From an uncultured virus (IMG/VR IMGVR_UViG_3300010353_000982) (Duplodnaviria > Heunggongvirae > Uroviricota > Caudoviricetes): a stretch of DNA of 64,000 bases. Shown here piece after piece: positions 19,395 through 28,716 of this stretch. The notes beneath the pieces were generated by a model. The model was given only the letters and a program-made list of their open reading frames with translations, did no database searches and was not told where the DNA came from. Location: the IMG/VR virus record IMGVR_UViG_3300010353_000982. The stretch is one strand, 5' to 3'. Within the stretch, counting starts at the first letter, position 1; the number at the start of each line of letters is the position of its first letter. A program made the translations under genes and the position numbers.

Positions 19395-20296
19395 TTTATG
19401 AACATATGTTCACCGAAAAGTATCGACCAAAATCTCTCAAAGAGGTTATCGGGGGAGATGAGATTCGTGGTCTTTATGAAGGAATTATAAACGACCCATG
19501 GACTCTTCCTAATATTCTTCTATCAACTCGTTCTGCAGGTACTGGCAAAACGTCAATTGCCAAGGCAATCATAGCTGACATTGGTGCTGATAGTTTGTTT
19601 TTGAATGCTAGTGACGACAGGGGAATCAATACCATTCGAGAACAGGTAAAGGAATTTGCCATGACGCAGGGATTCACGCGCAATATTCCGAAGGTGGTGC
19701 ATCTCGATGAGGCCGATGGTCTTACCAAGGAGGCCCAAGAAAGTCTTCGAAGCATCATGGAGCGGTATTCGTCAAACTGCAGATTTATATTTACCTGCAA
19801 CAACGAGTCCAAGATTATTGAGCCGATAAAGAGTCGATGCATTCAAATCAGTCTCAATAAACCGCCGAAGGACAAAATCCATGAGAGACTTCGATTCATT
19901 GTAGATCAGGAAAGTATGAATATTAAGGATGAAGAAATTGATGATATCATCGAGTTCTTTTATCCTGACATTCGTCTGATGATTAATGAAATCGAATACC
20001 TGAAAACATTCGGAAAAAGCAACAGGCGTAATATTGCCGATGAAGTTTACGCTCTCCTGAAAAAGAGGAAGTTTACCGAGGCACGCAAGTTATGGATCGC
20101 TGAACAGACAAGCCCTCGTCTTCTTGTAAAGGAAATATTTACAAGACTAATGTCAGACGATACTCTTTCCAAAGAGCAGGTTGTTGTGGGTGTTGAATAC
20201 GTTGCTGAAACGGATTTCAGAATAGCAATGGGTTCCGATGCAGAAATTACACTTGCCAACCTTACCATTAAGCTTGTTAGCGCCGTATTTAAGTAA
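19391..20296 (+). CDS. Clamp loader ATPase subunit (RFC-S/gp44-like)
   Basis: EKYRPK, AGTGKT, NASDDRG, LDEADG, SRC motif. Confidence 0.93.
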   Translation: MIYEHMFTEKYRPKSLKEVIGGDEIRGLYEGIINDPWTLPNILLSTRSAGTGKTSIAKAIIADIGADSLFLNASDDRGINTIREQVKEFAMTQGFTRNIPKVVHLDEADGLTKEAQESLRSIMERYSSNCRFIFTCNNESKIIEPIKSRCIQISLNKPPKDKIHERLRFIVDQESMNIKDEEIDDIIEFFYPDIRLMINEIEYLKTFGKSNRRNIADEVYALLKKRKFTEARKLWIAEQTSPRLLVKEIFTRLMSDDTLSKEQVVVGVEYVAETDFRIAMGSDAEITLANLTIKLVSAVFK

Positions 20297-20327
20297 TAAC
20301 AAGACAAATAATCATGGTGGAGAAACA

Positions 20328-20570
20328 ATGACACGCAAACCAACCGACAATCTGCATGATTACATCAATATTTTGTATACCATGTCAGATACTGTTGAAA
20401 GACAGACCATTGCAGCGGTTGACGCGGATTTCTCCGATATGAAGGGTGAAGTTATCAAATCATTCCCCGATCAAGTTGCCGAACAGATAAGATTTATCAA
20501 CGAACAGGCAAAGGCTGTTTTGGCACAACAGGGTAATGAGATGATAGAAGAAGATGATGAGGAATATTAA
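20328..20570 (+). CDS. Hypothetical acidic protein
   Basis: GGTGGAG RBS before ATG 20328. Confidence 0.6.
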   Translation: MTRKPTDNLHDYINILYTMSDTVERQTIAAVDADFSDMKGEVIKSFPDQVAEQIRFINEQAKAVLAQQGNEMIEEDDEEY

Positions 20571-20701
20571 TGGCAAGAGAAATGACTTTACGCTGCAAGG
20601 CAAAGAACTGTGACCACGACAGACTTGAAGGCCAGTTCCTTTTTCAAAAATGCCTTCGTTGTCCTGATTTCGAATTCGGCCCCAAAGGAAATGGTAAATG
20701 A
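20570..20701 (+). CDS. Small Cys-rich protein, 43 aa
   Basis: Hand-translated MAREMTLRCKAKNC...CLRC; coupled at both ends. Confidence 0.55.
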   Translation: MAREMTLRCKAKNCDHDRLEGQFLFQKCLRCPDFEFGPKGNGK

Positions 20702-21273
20702 GCATTTTAGTTGATCACGAAATACGTGATTTATGCAGAGATGCAGAACTGATATCTCCGTACTACGAAAGAAACATCAATCCAAATTCTTACGATATTA
20801 CACTCGCAGACGATTTTGTCTGGTATCGTAAACCTGGCCTCGGAGAGCCAATGTTCATTGATCCATTTGATCGAAAGACTGTTGAACTTTGCGTAGTCGA
20901 AGAAAAAGCGCTGGCAATCAAAATTGGCCAGAACGAATTTGCTCTAGGACGGACAGTTGAAACAATCAACCTTCCTTCCAATATAGCAGCCGTTCTTATG
21001 GGCAAGTCATCGCTTGCACGACTAGGAATAACCATTCATCAAACAGGAGGATTTATCGACAGTGGTTTTAAAGGAACGCTCACACTTGAAATTGGAAATA
21101 TCAACCCGAGGCATATTGTCCTCCACGCTGGAATGACTATCGGTCAGCTTGTATTCCACAAGTTACCAAATGCCCCTGACGTGACATATGGTGAAAAGAA
21201 AACATCAAAGTATCAGGGACAGATAGCACCGACGTTATCTCGTTACCATATGAATGAATGTATAAGGAGGTGA
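20698..21273 (+). CDS. dcd: dCTP deaminase
   Basis: PNSYD, GKSSLARLG, GFIDSGFKGTLTLE, YQGQ motifs. Confidence 0.93.
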   Translation: MSILVDHEIRDLCRDAELISPYYERNINPNSYDITLADDFVWYRKPGLGEPMFIDPFDRKTVELCVVEEKALAIKIGQNEFALGRTVETINLPSNIAAVLMGKSSLARLGITIHQTGGFIDSGFKGTLTLEIGNINPRHIVLHAGMTIGQLVFHKLPNAPDVTYGEKKTSKYQGQIAPTLSRYHMNECIRR

Positions 21274-21277
21274 AACA

Positions 21278-21406
21278 TTGCCGTTTGCTGGCTATACAAA
21301 CTTTGAGGACTGTGTTCAAAAAGTAATGGCAAAGAAAGGCTGGAGCAGAGACCGTGCTTCAGCCTACTGTGCTGAAATTCAGCGTAAGACAGAGGGGAAG
21401 AGATGA
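21278..21406 (+). CDS. Small 42-aa two-Cys protein (MPFAGYTNFEDCV...SAYCAEI)
   Basis: AGGAGGTGA RBS, TTG start, stop overlaps next ATG. Confidence 0.65.
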   Translation: MPFAGYTNFEDCVQKVMAKKGWSRDRASAYCAEIQRKTEGKR

Positions 21407-21852
21407 CATCCTCCCCTTTCGACGCTATGAAAAAAGTGGTCTATTCGAAGGACATGATTGATCCTGACCAGATCAAAGGGATTGAAGTTCTCGTCGCAAA
21501 AGCGCTGGGATTTATTGACCCCGATTCTGGCTCGCGGGCATCACAATATTGGGCTGTAATTGACCCTGACATCTACAGGGGATATCTTGCCTGTCAACTC
21601 GCGCGCCATGGACGAATGCCTTCATGGATTAAAAAGCCCCAGATGGAAAAACCAGATGAACTCGATAAATTGATAGATCGGTATTTCGAGCTTTATCCAG
21701 TTGACAAACGTCCAACAGGCAATGCATATATCGTCTTTCGAAAAATAGTTAACGATAACATTAAAGAATTCCTAATACAAATATGTGCTGAAGAGAAAGT
21801 CTTCAAGAAATTCAAAGTCGAAATAACGTCAGGCAATTCGACTTTGATATGA
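21403..21852 (+). CDS. Putative clamp loader small subunit (T4 gp62-like)
   Basis: SPFD N-terminus, KAL...D and WIKK motifs, size and context. Confidence 0.5.
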   Translation: MTSSPFDAMKKVVYSKDMIDPDQIKGIEVLVAKALGFIDPDSGSRASQYWAVIDPDIYRGYLACQLARHGRMPSWIKKPQMEKPDELDKLIDRYFELYPVDKRPTGNAYIVFRKIVNDNIKEFLIQICAEEKVFKKFKVEITSGNSTLI

Positions 21853-21864
21853 AAAGGTGATCGA

Positions 21865-24189
21865 TTGATCAACATTGAGCCAATGGGCAAAGATTTCGTC
21901 ATCTTTGGGAGAGATGGCGACGGTAAAAGATATCGGCGTGAAGTCACAGACTTCTTTCCCTACTTTTATGTTCCTAATGAACATGGCAAGTATGTATCAC
22001 TTTACGGAGACAAACTTCGAAAGGTTGAAGTCAACCATCCTGCAGAAATCAAGAAACAGCGTGAGAACTTTCATAGGACTTACGAGGCCGATGTTTCATA
22101 CGTCAATCGTTATCTTATCGACTCATTTAAGGAAATCCCACAGGAACCAGTACGATCCTGTTTCATTGATATTGAAGTAAGAGATGATGGTGCATTTCCT
22201 GACGTAACCAAGGCCGACAAAGAAATTTTGTCTATTTCCTGTTACGACAACTTCAATGGAAAATTCTACGTCTTTGTCACTGACCCGAACCACGAGGTAA
22301 ACGAAAAGTCTCGTTACCAGTTCGAAGGCATTGATGTGCTGCAGTTTACTTTACCGAGGGAAGAGGAGCTGCTTTTAAAGTTCATTGAATTTGTCAACGA
22401 TTTCGATTTTGACCTGTTCCTTGCATGGAATGGTGACGGCTTCGACTATCCTTACCTGTTTCACCGTATGCATCATTTTGGCATTAGGCCAGAGACATTA
22501 TCACCAGTAGAAAAACTTGACTTCCATAGTGAGAAACCACGAGGCAGGACATGGCTCGATCTTATGCGAGCATATAGGAAACTATCGACGCATGAACTGG
22601 AATCCTATGGCCTCGACTACGTTGCCAATGACGAATTAGGTAGGGGTAAGCTCGGTAAGGGGAGCACAGGAACCGTCTATGAGCTTTACAACACTGACCT
22701 CGAAACCTTCCTGAAGTATAACATCAACGATGTATGGCTGATGGTCAAGATCGAGGAGAAGCGCGGTATTGTCGGCTATTTTGATTCTGTACGGAGATTG
22801 ACGTTTTCCACCTGGTACGATGTATTTTTCAATTCTCGCGTGCTGGACTTTTATTTTCTGAAGAAAGCCAAGGAATATGGTTTTATCCTTCCGACCAAGC
22901 GGAATCTCGGCGATGACTATATTCCTGTTGAGGGTGCTCGGGTAATTCAGCCGACAGTTGGCATGAAGGAATGGATAGGCGTAGGCGATGTCAGGTCGCT
23001 GTATCCGACGGCCATCCTGACCTGCAATATGAGCCCCGAGACTCGTGTTGGCGTTACCGAGGCAGACAAGCCCTATGATGGCCCGTTTGTTAAGGTTGGC
23101 CCGACGGTTTTCAGAACCGATGTTCGTGGTTTTATTCCTCGCGTCGTTGAAGATGTATGGAATTTCCGTCAGGAACTGAAATCGAAAATGAAAGGTTATC
23201 CAATCGGAAGCCCAGACTATAACAAATACAACGACATGCAGACCGTGGCGAAGTTCCTATTGAATTCGATCTATGGTGTTATGCTTGCTCCATTCTTCCG
23301 TCTTTTTTCACGAGAGGTGGGGGCAGCCGTCACATATTTTGGCCGAGAGGCTAACATGTGGATGGAGAATGAAATCAAGAAAATCGGAGCTGATGTTATA
23401 GCAGGCGATACCGATTCGATTTTCTTTAAGATTAACAAGGAGAATGTTGATGATGCATCCAAGCTCGGAGAAGAAATTATCAACCACGTTAACGGAACTC
23501 TCGATTTCTTTTGCATCGATAAATTCGGCGATGCAAAATACAATCGAATGTATATCGAGTTTGAAAAGATCTATCGTAGAGTTCTTTTCGTTGGTGATGA
23601 AGATGGTATTGCGCTTAAAAAGCGCTATGCTGGTCTTGTCATCTGGAACGAAGGAACGCTGCCAGAACCCATCCTCGATGTCAAGGGGTTTGAGACAAAG
23701 AGAAGCGATACACCAAGTCTCTATCGAAAAATGCAGAAAGATCTCCTCTACGCTATCGTTTCATCCGACGACCAGGAGGAAGCACGAAAAGAAATTGTCG
23801 ACTTAATCCGTAAGATGAAAAGCGATATCATCAACGGAGTTATTCCAGTAGAAGATATCGCCATTCCGAAGGGCATGAGCAAGCCCATTCACGAATACAC
23901 AAAGAACGTCGGAGCGCATATTTATGGTGCGATATATTTCAACAAATTCTTCGGTGGTAATATCAAGAAAGAGAAAGTGAAATATGTCTATGTCACTCGT
24001 GCGCCTCTAGGACTACCACACACACATGTAATTTCTTTCGTCGATAAATGTCCCGAAGGATTTGAAATCGACTACGAGAAAATGGCAAATCTGCTCATCA
24101 ATGATAAAATCAAGACGATTTTCTTCTCTCTCGGATGGAATATATCTGATATCGAGACGAAAAACAACACTTTGGAGAAATGGTTATGA
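21865..24189 (+). CDS. polB: Family B DNA polymerase
   Basis: Exo DIE, NGDGFD, YNIND; pol DVRSLYPT, KFLLNSIYG, GDTDS, KKRY; C-terminal PIP-like NTLEKWL. Confidence 0.96.
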   Translation: MINIEPMGKDFVIFGRDGDGKRYRREVTDFFPYFYVPNEHGKYVSLYGDKLRKVEVNHPAEIKKQRENFHRTYEADVSYVNRYLIDSFKEIPQEPVRSCFIDIEVRDDGAFPDVTKADKEILSISCYDNFNGKFYVFVTDPNHEVNEKSRYQFEGIDVLQFTLPREEELLLKFIEFVNDFDFDLFLAWNGDGFDYPYLFHRMHHFGIRPETLSPVEKLDFHSEKPRGRTWLDLMRAYRKLSTHELESYGLDYVANDELGRGKLGKGSTGTVYELYNTDLETFLKYNINDVWLMVKIEEKRGIVGYFDSVRRLTFSTWYDVFFNSRVLDFYFLKKAKEYGFILPTKRNLGDDYIPVEGARVIQPTVGMKEWIGVGDVRSLYPTAILTCNMSPETRVGVTEADKPYDGPFVKVGPTVFRTDVRGFIPRVVEDVWNFRQELKSKMKGYPIGSPDYNKYNDMQTVAKFLLNSIYGVMLAPFFRLFSREVGAAVTYFGREANMWMENEIKKIGADVIAGDTDSIFFKINKENVDDASKLGEEIINHVNGTLDFFCIDKFGDAKYNRMYIEFEKIYRRVLFVGDEDGIALKKRYAGLVIWNEGTLPEPILDVKGFETKRSDTPSLYRKMQKDLLYAIVSSDDQEEARKEIVDLIRKMKSDIINGVIPVEDIAIPKGMSKPIHEYTKNVGAHIYGAIYFNKFFGGNIKKEKVKYVYVTRAPLGLPHTHVISFVDKCPEGFEIDYEKMANLLINDKIKTIFFSLGWNISDIETKNNTLEKWL

Positions 24190-24329
24190 GTAAAACTATC
24201 GTATTGCAGTGTGCTCTGTGCCATGGTACAGGCACAAAGGATAATGGAGACACATGTCTCTGTTATCTGTTTGGTGGCCCAATCAAGCGCTTTGACGGCG
24301 ATCTTTGGGAGGTAAAGAACGATGACTGA
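24186..24329 (+). CDS. Small Zn-finger protein (CxxCxGxG)
   Basis: Hand-translated MSKTIVLQCALCHGTG...CLC; overlaps both neighbours. Confidence 0.5.
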   Translation: MSKTIVLQCALCHGTGTKDNGDTCLCYLFGGPIKRFDGDLWEVKNDD

Positions 24330-27300
24330 AGATATGGTCGACGCAGTAATCGCCGCACGATATCTTAATAAGGGCGAGCGTGTTTGGGAAGACGTATGCA
24401 ACAGAGTATCTACCTTCGTGGCCAACGATGAAGGACAGCGTGAACAGTTCTTTGAACTCATGCTAACAGGAAAGTTCCTTCCAAATTCTCCGACGCTTAT
24501 GAATGCAGGAACTGATATTGGTCAATTATCAGCCTGCTTCGTCTTACCTGTTGATGATGATATGCAGGGAATTTTCGACGCTGTAAAGTGGACGGCCATG
24601 ATTCATAAGTCAGGCGGCGGAACAGGATTCAATTTCTCAAACCTGCGTGCCGAGGGATCACCAGTTGGATCTACTAATGGTGTTGCATCTGGCCCCCTGT
24701 CCTTCATGAAAGTATTCAATGAGGCGACAGAGACGGTAAAGCAAGGAGGTAAGCGACGTGGCGCGAACATGGGCATTCTGAACTGTACCCATCCTGACAT
24801 CAAGAAGTTCATCGTTGCCAAGAAAACCGAGGGCCAACTTGCCAACTTTAATTTCTCCGTAATGATAAATGATGACTTTATGAAGAAGGCTACCGATGCA
24901 GGCTACACTGGTGAGGAAAAAGAAATCTTCGATATGATAATTGATAACCAGTGGAATAACGGAGAACCGTCTTTTTTGTTCTACGATAATATCAACAAAA
25001 ATCCACATACTCCTGCCCTTGGCCCCATCGAGGCAACCAATCCCTGTGTTACTGGAGATACTCTTCTCCTGACAGAGATTGGTTATGAGCCAATTGAACA
25101 ACAGGTAGGACGAAAGATACATATCTGGAATGGATACGAGTGGTCAGAAGTCACTCCATGTAAAACAGGCACTAATCAAAAGATAATGAAGCTTACATTT
25201 ACAGATGGTAGTGAATTAAAATGTACCCCGTATCACAAATTTGTTTGCACGCTTAATGGAAAAGAATACCGAGTAGAAGCAAAAGATATCCATGTCGGAG
25301 AATCGATTGTAAAGTTTGATTTCCCTGTGATTCATGGATGGTTCAAGCTTGCAAATGCATATACCCATGGATTCTTCTCTGGCGACGGTCATATCGATGC
25401 TCGTGGTCGTAGTTTAATCTATCTTTACGGAGAAAAGAAAAATCTCGTCGATGTAATCTCATACAAATCCATTTGGAATTGTAATGGAAGAGATGTTTTA
25501 CAACTCGATAATGAAACTATCTGGAATAAGACATTTGTTCCCGATGCTTTCTACGACGTTGAATCAAGACTTATGTGGTTGAATGGTCTTATCGATTCCG
25601 ATGGATGTAATAACACTGGCGCTATCCAGATATCGTCGGTGGATCGTGACTTCCTGCAGAGAGTAAAGTATATGCTTCATACTCTCGGCGTAACTGGCGT
25701 TATTTCGATAATGAAGAAAGCCTGTTGCAAGATGATGCCCGATGGCAAAGGAGGACAGAAAGAATATAATTGTAAGGAGTGCTATCGCATATCGATTTCT
25801 TCTGGCGATGTAATGAAATTATATAATCTCGGCCTTGATACGCATCGTATAAAGATAACAACAATTCCACAGCGTAGTGTAAAACAATTCATTAGAATCA
25901 AGTCTATTGAGATGCTTGAAGAATTGGAAGATGTTTATTGTCTAACAGAGCCAAAGAATCACACGATGATTTTAAACGGCATATTGACGTCGAACTGCGG
26001 AGAGCAGCCCTTATATCCCTTCGAATCGTGTAATCTCGGTAGTATAAATTTATCCAAGTTTGTAGATGAAAGTGGTCAGTTCGATTACAATGGTCTACAA
26101 GAAACAGTTGTCGCCGCAGTACAGTTCCTCGATAATATCATCGACAAGAACAAATTCCCCCTGCCACAGATTGAGAAGGCCACGAAGAGAACACGAAAGA
26201 TTGGCCTCGGCGTGATGGGATTCCACGACGCACTTATCATGATGGGTGTTCCTTATGATTCAAGACGTGCAGTCGAGATAGCCAATTCTATCATGGAAAA
26301 TATCGAGACTGTAGCCAAGGACACATCAGAAACTATGGCAATGGAACTTGGTGTTGCTCCGTATTATGAACAATACCCAGACTCAACCGAGGATCGTCGC
26401 CGCAATGTTTGTCTTACCTGTATTGCCCCGACAGGTTCAATTTCTATCCTCGCAAAGTGCTGGTCAGGAATTGAGCCCGCGATATGGGTAATGCAAAGAA
26501 ATAATACCGTCGGAAAGTCTTTCTTTATCGTGCATCCGCTCTTCGAAAAGATGCTTCGTGAAGAAGCTGACGAGCGCGGCATTGACGAGGATGGTATTCA
26601 GAAGGCCATTGCTGACGTCCATGCATCAGGATCTATCGAGGTAATCGATTGGCTGCCGAAGAAAATCAAGCGGCTCTACAAATCAGCCTTTGATCTGACA
26701 TGGAAGCAGCACCTTGATATTGTTATAGCTTTCCAGAATCATGTTGACGCGGCGGTTTCAAAAACCGTGAACATGCCCGCTGAATCTACCAAGCGCGATT
26801 TCATGGACGCTGTTATCTATGCATGGAAAAATGGACTGAAAGGAATTACTCTCTACAGGACTGGAAGTCGTGAGGACGAAGTTCTTACGCTGGCCAAGGA
26901 AACCGCACAAGAGAAAACAAAAAGGATGTCTGACACATGCAAGAGAATGCCATTCTTCGATGAGAAGACACAAGAATGGCGCTGGCTGCCAAAGCGACCC
27001 GATATTCTCCCGACGTATGGATTAAAGAAAATGCGCTCTGGTTGTGGAGATCTTCTTATTGACATCAGCGAGATGGAAGGCAGACCGTATGAATGTCTCG
27101 GCGATTATACTCTTGGTGGCGGAGGTTGTGATGCAATGCTCCGTACGACGAGAGTTCTCCTGGGGCTTTGTTTCCGCTGGGGAGTTCCAACGTGGGATAT
27201 TGTAAAGAATCTCAAGGCCATCAAATGCGACGTTGCGCGAGAAAAATACAGGCGTGGTGAGGCCGACGGTATTTCGTGTGCAAATTGTATTGGTCGTTAT

Positions 27301-27522
27301 CTCGAAGAAAACATTCCTGACGATATGGAGGAACTTGCTTATCCATTCAAGAATGGTAATAAGGAAAAATTCCTCAAAGAAATTGGGCTCATATTTGGCT
27401 CACAACCATTAGACGTGAAGCTCGTCAAGGAAGAAATGATATCATGTCCCGAATGCGGCTCCGAGATTCTCAAAGAAGAAGGATGTCGTAAATGTCATAA
27501 CTGTGGATGGAGTCAGTGCTAA
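24322..27522 (+). CDS. nrdJ: Class II (B12-dependent) ribonucleotide reductase with intein and C-terminal Zn-ribbon domain
   Basis: PNSPTLMNAG, LSACFV, GGKRRGANM, NP|CGEQ, APTGSIS, SKTVN; CPEC...CHNC tail. Confidence 0.95.
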   Translation: MTEDMVDAVIAARYLNKGERVWEDVCNRVSTFVANDEGQREQFFELMLTGKFLPNSPTLMNAGTDIGQLSACFVLPVDDDMQGIFDAVKWTAMIHKSGGGTGFNFSNLRAEGSPVGSTNGVASGPLSFMKVFNEATETVKQGGKRRGANMGILNCTHPDIKKFIVAKKTEGQLANFNFSVMINDDFMKKATDAGYTGEEKEIFDMIIDNQWNNGEPSFLFYDNINKNPHTPALGPIEATNPCVTGDTLLLTEIGYEPIEQQVGRKIHIWNGYEWSEVTPCKTGTNQKIMKLTFTDGSELKCTPYHKFVCTLNGKEYRVEAKDIHVGESIVKFDFPVIHGWFKLANAYTHGFFSGDGHIDARGRSLIYLYGEKKNLVDVISYKSIWNCNGRDVLQLDNETIWNKTFVPDAFYDVESRLMWLNGLIDSDGCNNTGAIQISSVDRDFLQRVKYMLHTLGVTGVISIMKKACCKMMPDGKGGQKEYNCKECYRISISSGDVMKLYNLGLDTHRIKITTIPQRSVKQFIRIKSIEMLEELEDVYCLTEPKNHTMILNGILTSNCGEQPLYPFESCNLGSINLSKFVDESGQFDYNGLQETVVAAVQFLDNIIDKNKFPLPQIEKATKRTRKIGLGVMGFHDALIMMGVPYDSRRAVEIANSIMENIETVAKDTSETMAMELGVAPYYEQYPDSTEDRRRNVCLTCIAPTGSISILAKCWSGIEPAIWVMQRNNTVGKSFFIVHPLFEKMLREEADERGIDEDGIQKAIADVHASGSIEVIDWLPKKIKRLYKSAFDLTWKQHLDIVIAFQNHVDAAVSKTVNMPAESTKRDFMDAVIYAWKNGLKGITLYRTGSREDEVLTLAKETAQEKTKRMSDTCKRMPFFDEKTQEWRWLPKRPDILPTYGLKKMRSGCGDLLIDISEMEGRPYECLGDYTLGGGGCDAMLRTTRVLLGLCFRWGVPTWDIVKNLKAIKCDVAREKYRRGEADGISCANCIGRYLEENIPDDMEELAYPFKNGNKEKFLKEIGLIFGSQPLDVKLVKEEMISCPECGSEILKEEGCRKCHNCGWSQC
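25045..25995 (+). mobile_element. Intein (317 aa) with LAGLIDADG endonuclease in NrdJ active-site loop
   Basis: Starts CVTGDT, CTPYH block B, GFFSGDG and GLIDSDG, ends ILTSN before catalytic Cys. Confidence 0.92.
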
Positions 27523-27926
27523 TGGATCGAATGGAAATAGAAAATATGGACATTCCATATCCTCTTGAAAATGGTGTTGATGGTGTTTGTGCCGACGCTG
27601 GATCGGCCCTCGCCAACATCCTTGGATTCACAGATGAATTATTCTTTGGACATATCGAAGTATGTCAGGACAGAAAAACCGATAGAGAAATCATCTATCT
27701 ACATTATATTAACAGCAGACATCCCCGTCGTGGAAATGTTAAGAAGCTGTTAAGATCGTGGATTGATGCAGGTTTTCGTGTCAGGATAATCAGGCCAGAA
27801 CCAGAGATGCAGAATATCATTGAACCCATGGGATTTAAGATATACTTCGAATACAAGAATGGAACTGTCCCAAAAGGCTTACCTGCTGACATATGGAGAA
27901 TACCATCGGATGAGGAATCAACATAG
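27522..27926 (+). CDS. Hypothetical protein, possible GNAT-like fold
   Basis: IYLHYINS...RRGN and MGF patterns; weak. Confidence 0.5.
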   Translation: MDRMEIENMDIPYPLENGVDGVCADAGSALANILGFTDELFFGHIEVCQDRKTDREIIYLHYINSRHPRRGNVKKLLRSWIDAGFRVRIIRPEPEMQNIIEPMGFKIYFEYKNGTVPKGLPADIWRIPSDEEST

Positions 27927-27948
27927 GGGTTCAACTCCCCTTTCCGAT
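27905..27948 (+). ncRNA. tRNA-like element E2
   Basis: ATCGGA/TCCGAT stem, TGA-GGAA-TCA hairpin, AGGGG-TTCAACT-CCCCT T arm; then TCCC-CTCG-GGGA hairpin and RBS. Confidence 0.7.
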
Positions 27949-27987
27949 TTCCCCTCGGGGAGAAAAATTACAACTAGGAGGAGGTAA

Positions 27988-28713
27988 TTGACAGAAAAGA
28001 AACAAATCATCAGCCGACAGTTCAGCAAATCGAAGATTAACGACTTCAAAAATTGCCCACGGAAATATTATTTCCAGAACAGAACGAGTCTCGGCAGATC
28101 GATTAACGAATCAACAAATACCAAGGCGTATCTTGGTAATGTAGTTCATAAACTCATTGAACTATATAACAATCCTTCCATCGACAGAGAATGCATCGAT
28201 GATCATCTGGTTGGAATGGAAACTAACGACGAGGGTGTTGATTTCTGTCAGAAGAATATTAACACTTTCTTCAAGTTGTTAGAAAAGTATGGTCTTGGTC
28301 AGGCGTCTTACTACGAACAACGTGTAGAAGACGACGAGCTTGATTTGTCGGGCTATATTGACGCTATCTACGAAACAGATGAAGGATATTGGGTTATTGA
28401 TTACAAGACAGGCGAATTCTACAAGAATAAAATGGATGATTATATCTTCGAAATTTACATCTATGCAATTCTTGCAAAGCGTTGTCTTGACATTACGCCA
28501 GCAAAACTGGGAATGTTTTTTACCAATCACCCGAGAAGTTCGTTTGTTATCGACTTTAGTCAATCAAAGTACGACGAGACCTACGAACAGTTACTCGACT
28601 ATATGATGCAGATGAAAGGTGACAATTTCCCTCGTCAGAGATCAAGACTCTGCGGATATTGTAAGTTCGTCAATCTCTGCGACGCATATACCGATGAAAT
28701 AATAAAGGATTGA
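27988..28713 (+). CDS. Cas4-like/RecB-family PD-(D/E)XK exonuclease
   Basis: CPRKY, H, GYID, DYKTG and C-terminal CxxC...C Fe-S motif. Confidence 0.85.
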   Translation: MTEKKQIISRQFSKSKINDFKNCPRKYYFQNRTSLGRSINESTNTKAYLGNVVHKLIELYNNPSIDRECIDDHLVGMETNDEGVDFCQKNINTFFKLLEKYGLGQASYYEQRVEDDELDLSGYIDAIYETDEGYWVIDYKTGEFYKNKMDDYIFEIYIYAILAKRCLDITPAKLGMFFTNHPRSSFVIDFSQSKYDETYEQLLDYMMQMKGDNFPRQRSRLCGYCKFVNLCDAYTDEIIKD

Positions 28714-28716
28714 AAG

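Noticed and set aside
27988..28713. CRISPR-Cas locus
   Set aside because: Solo Cas4-like nuclease in a replication operon; no other cas genes or repeat-spacer array seen.
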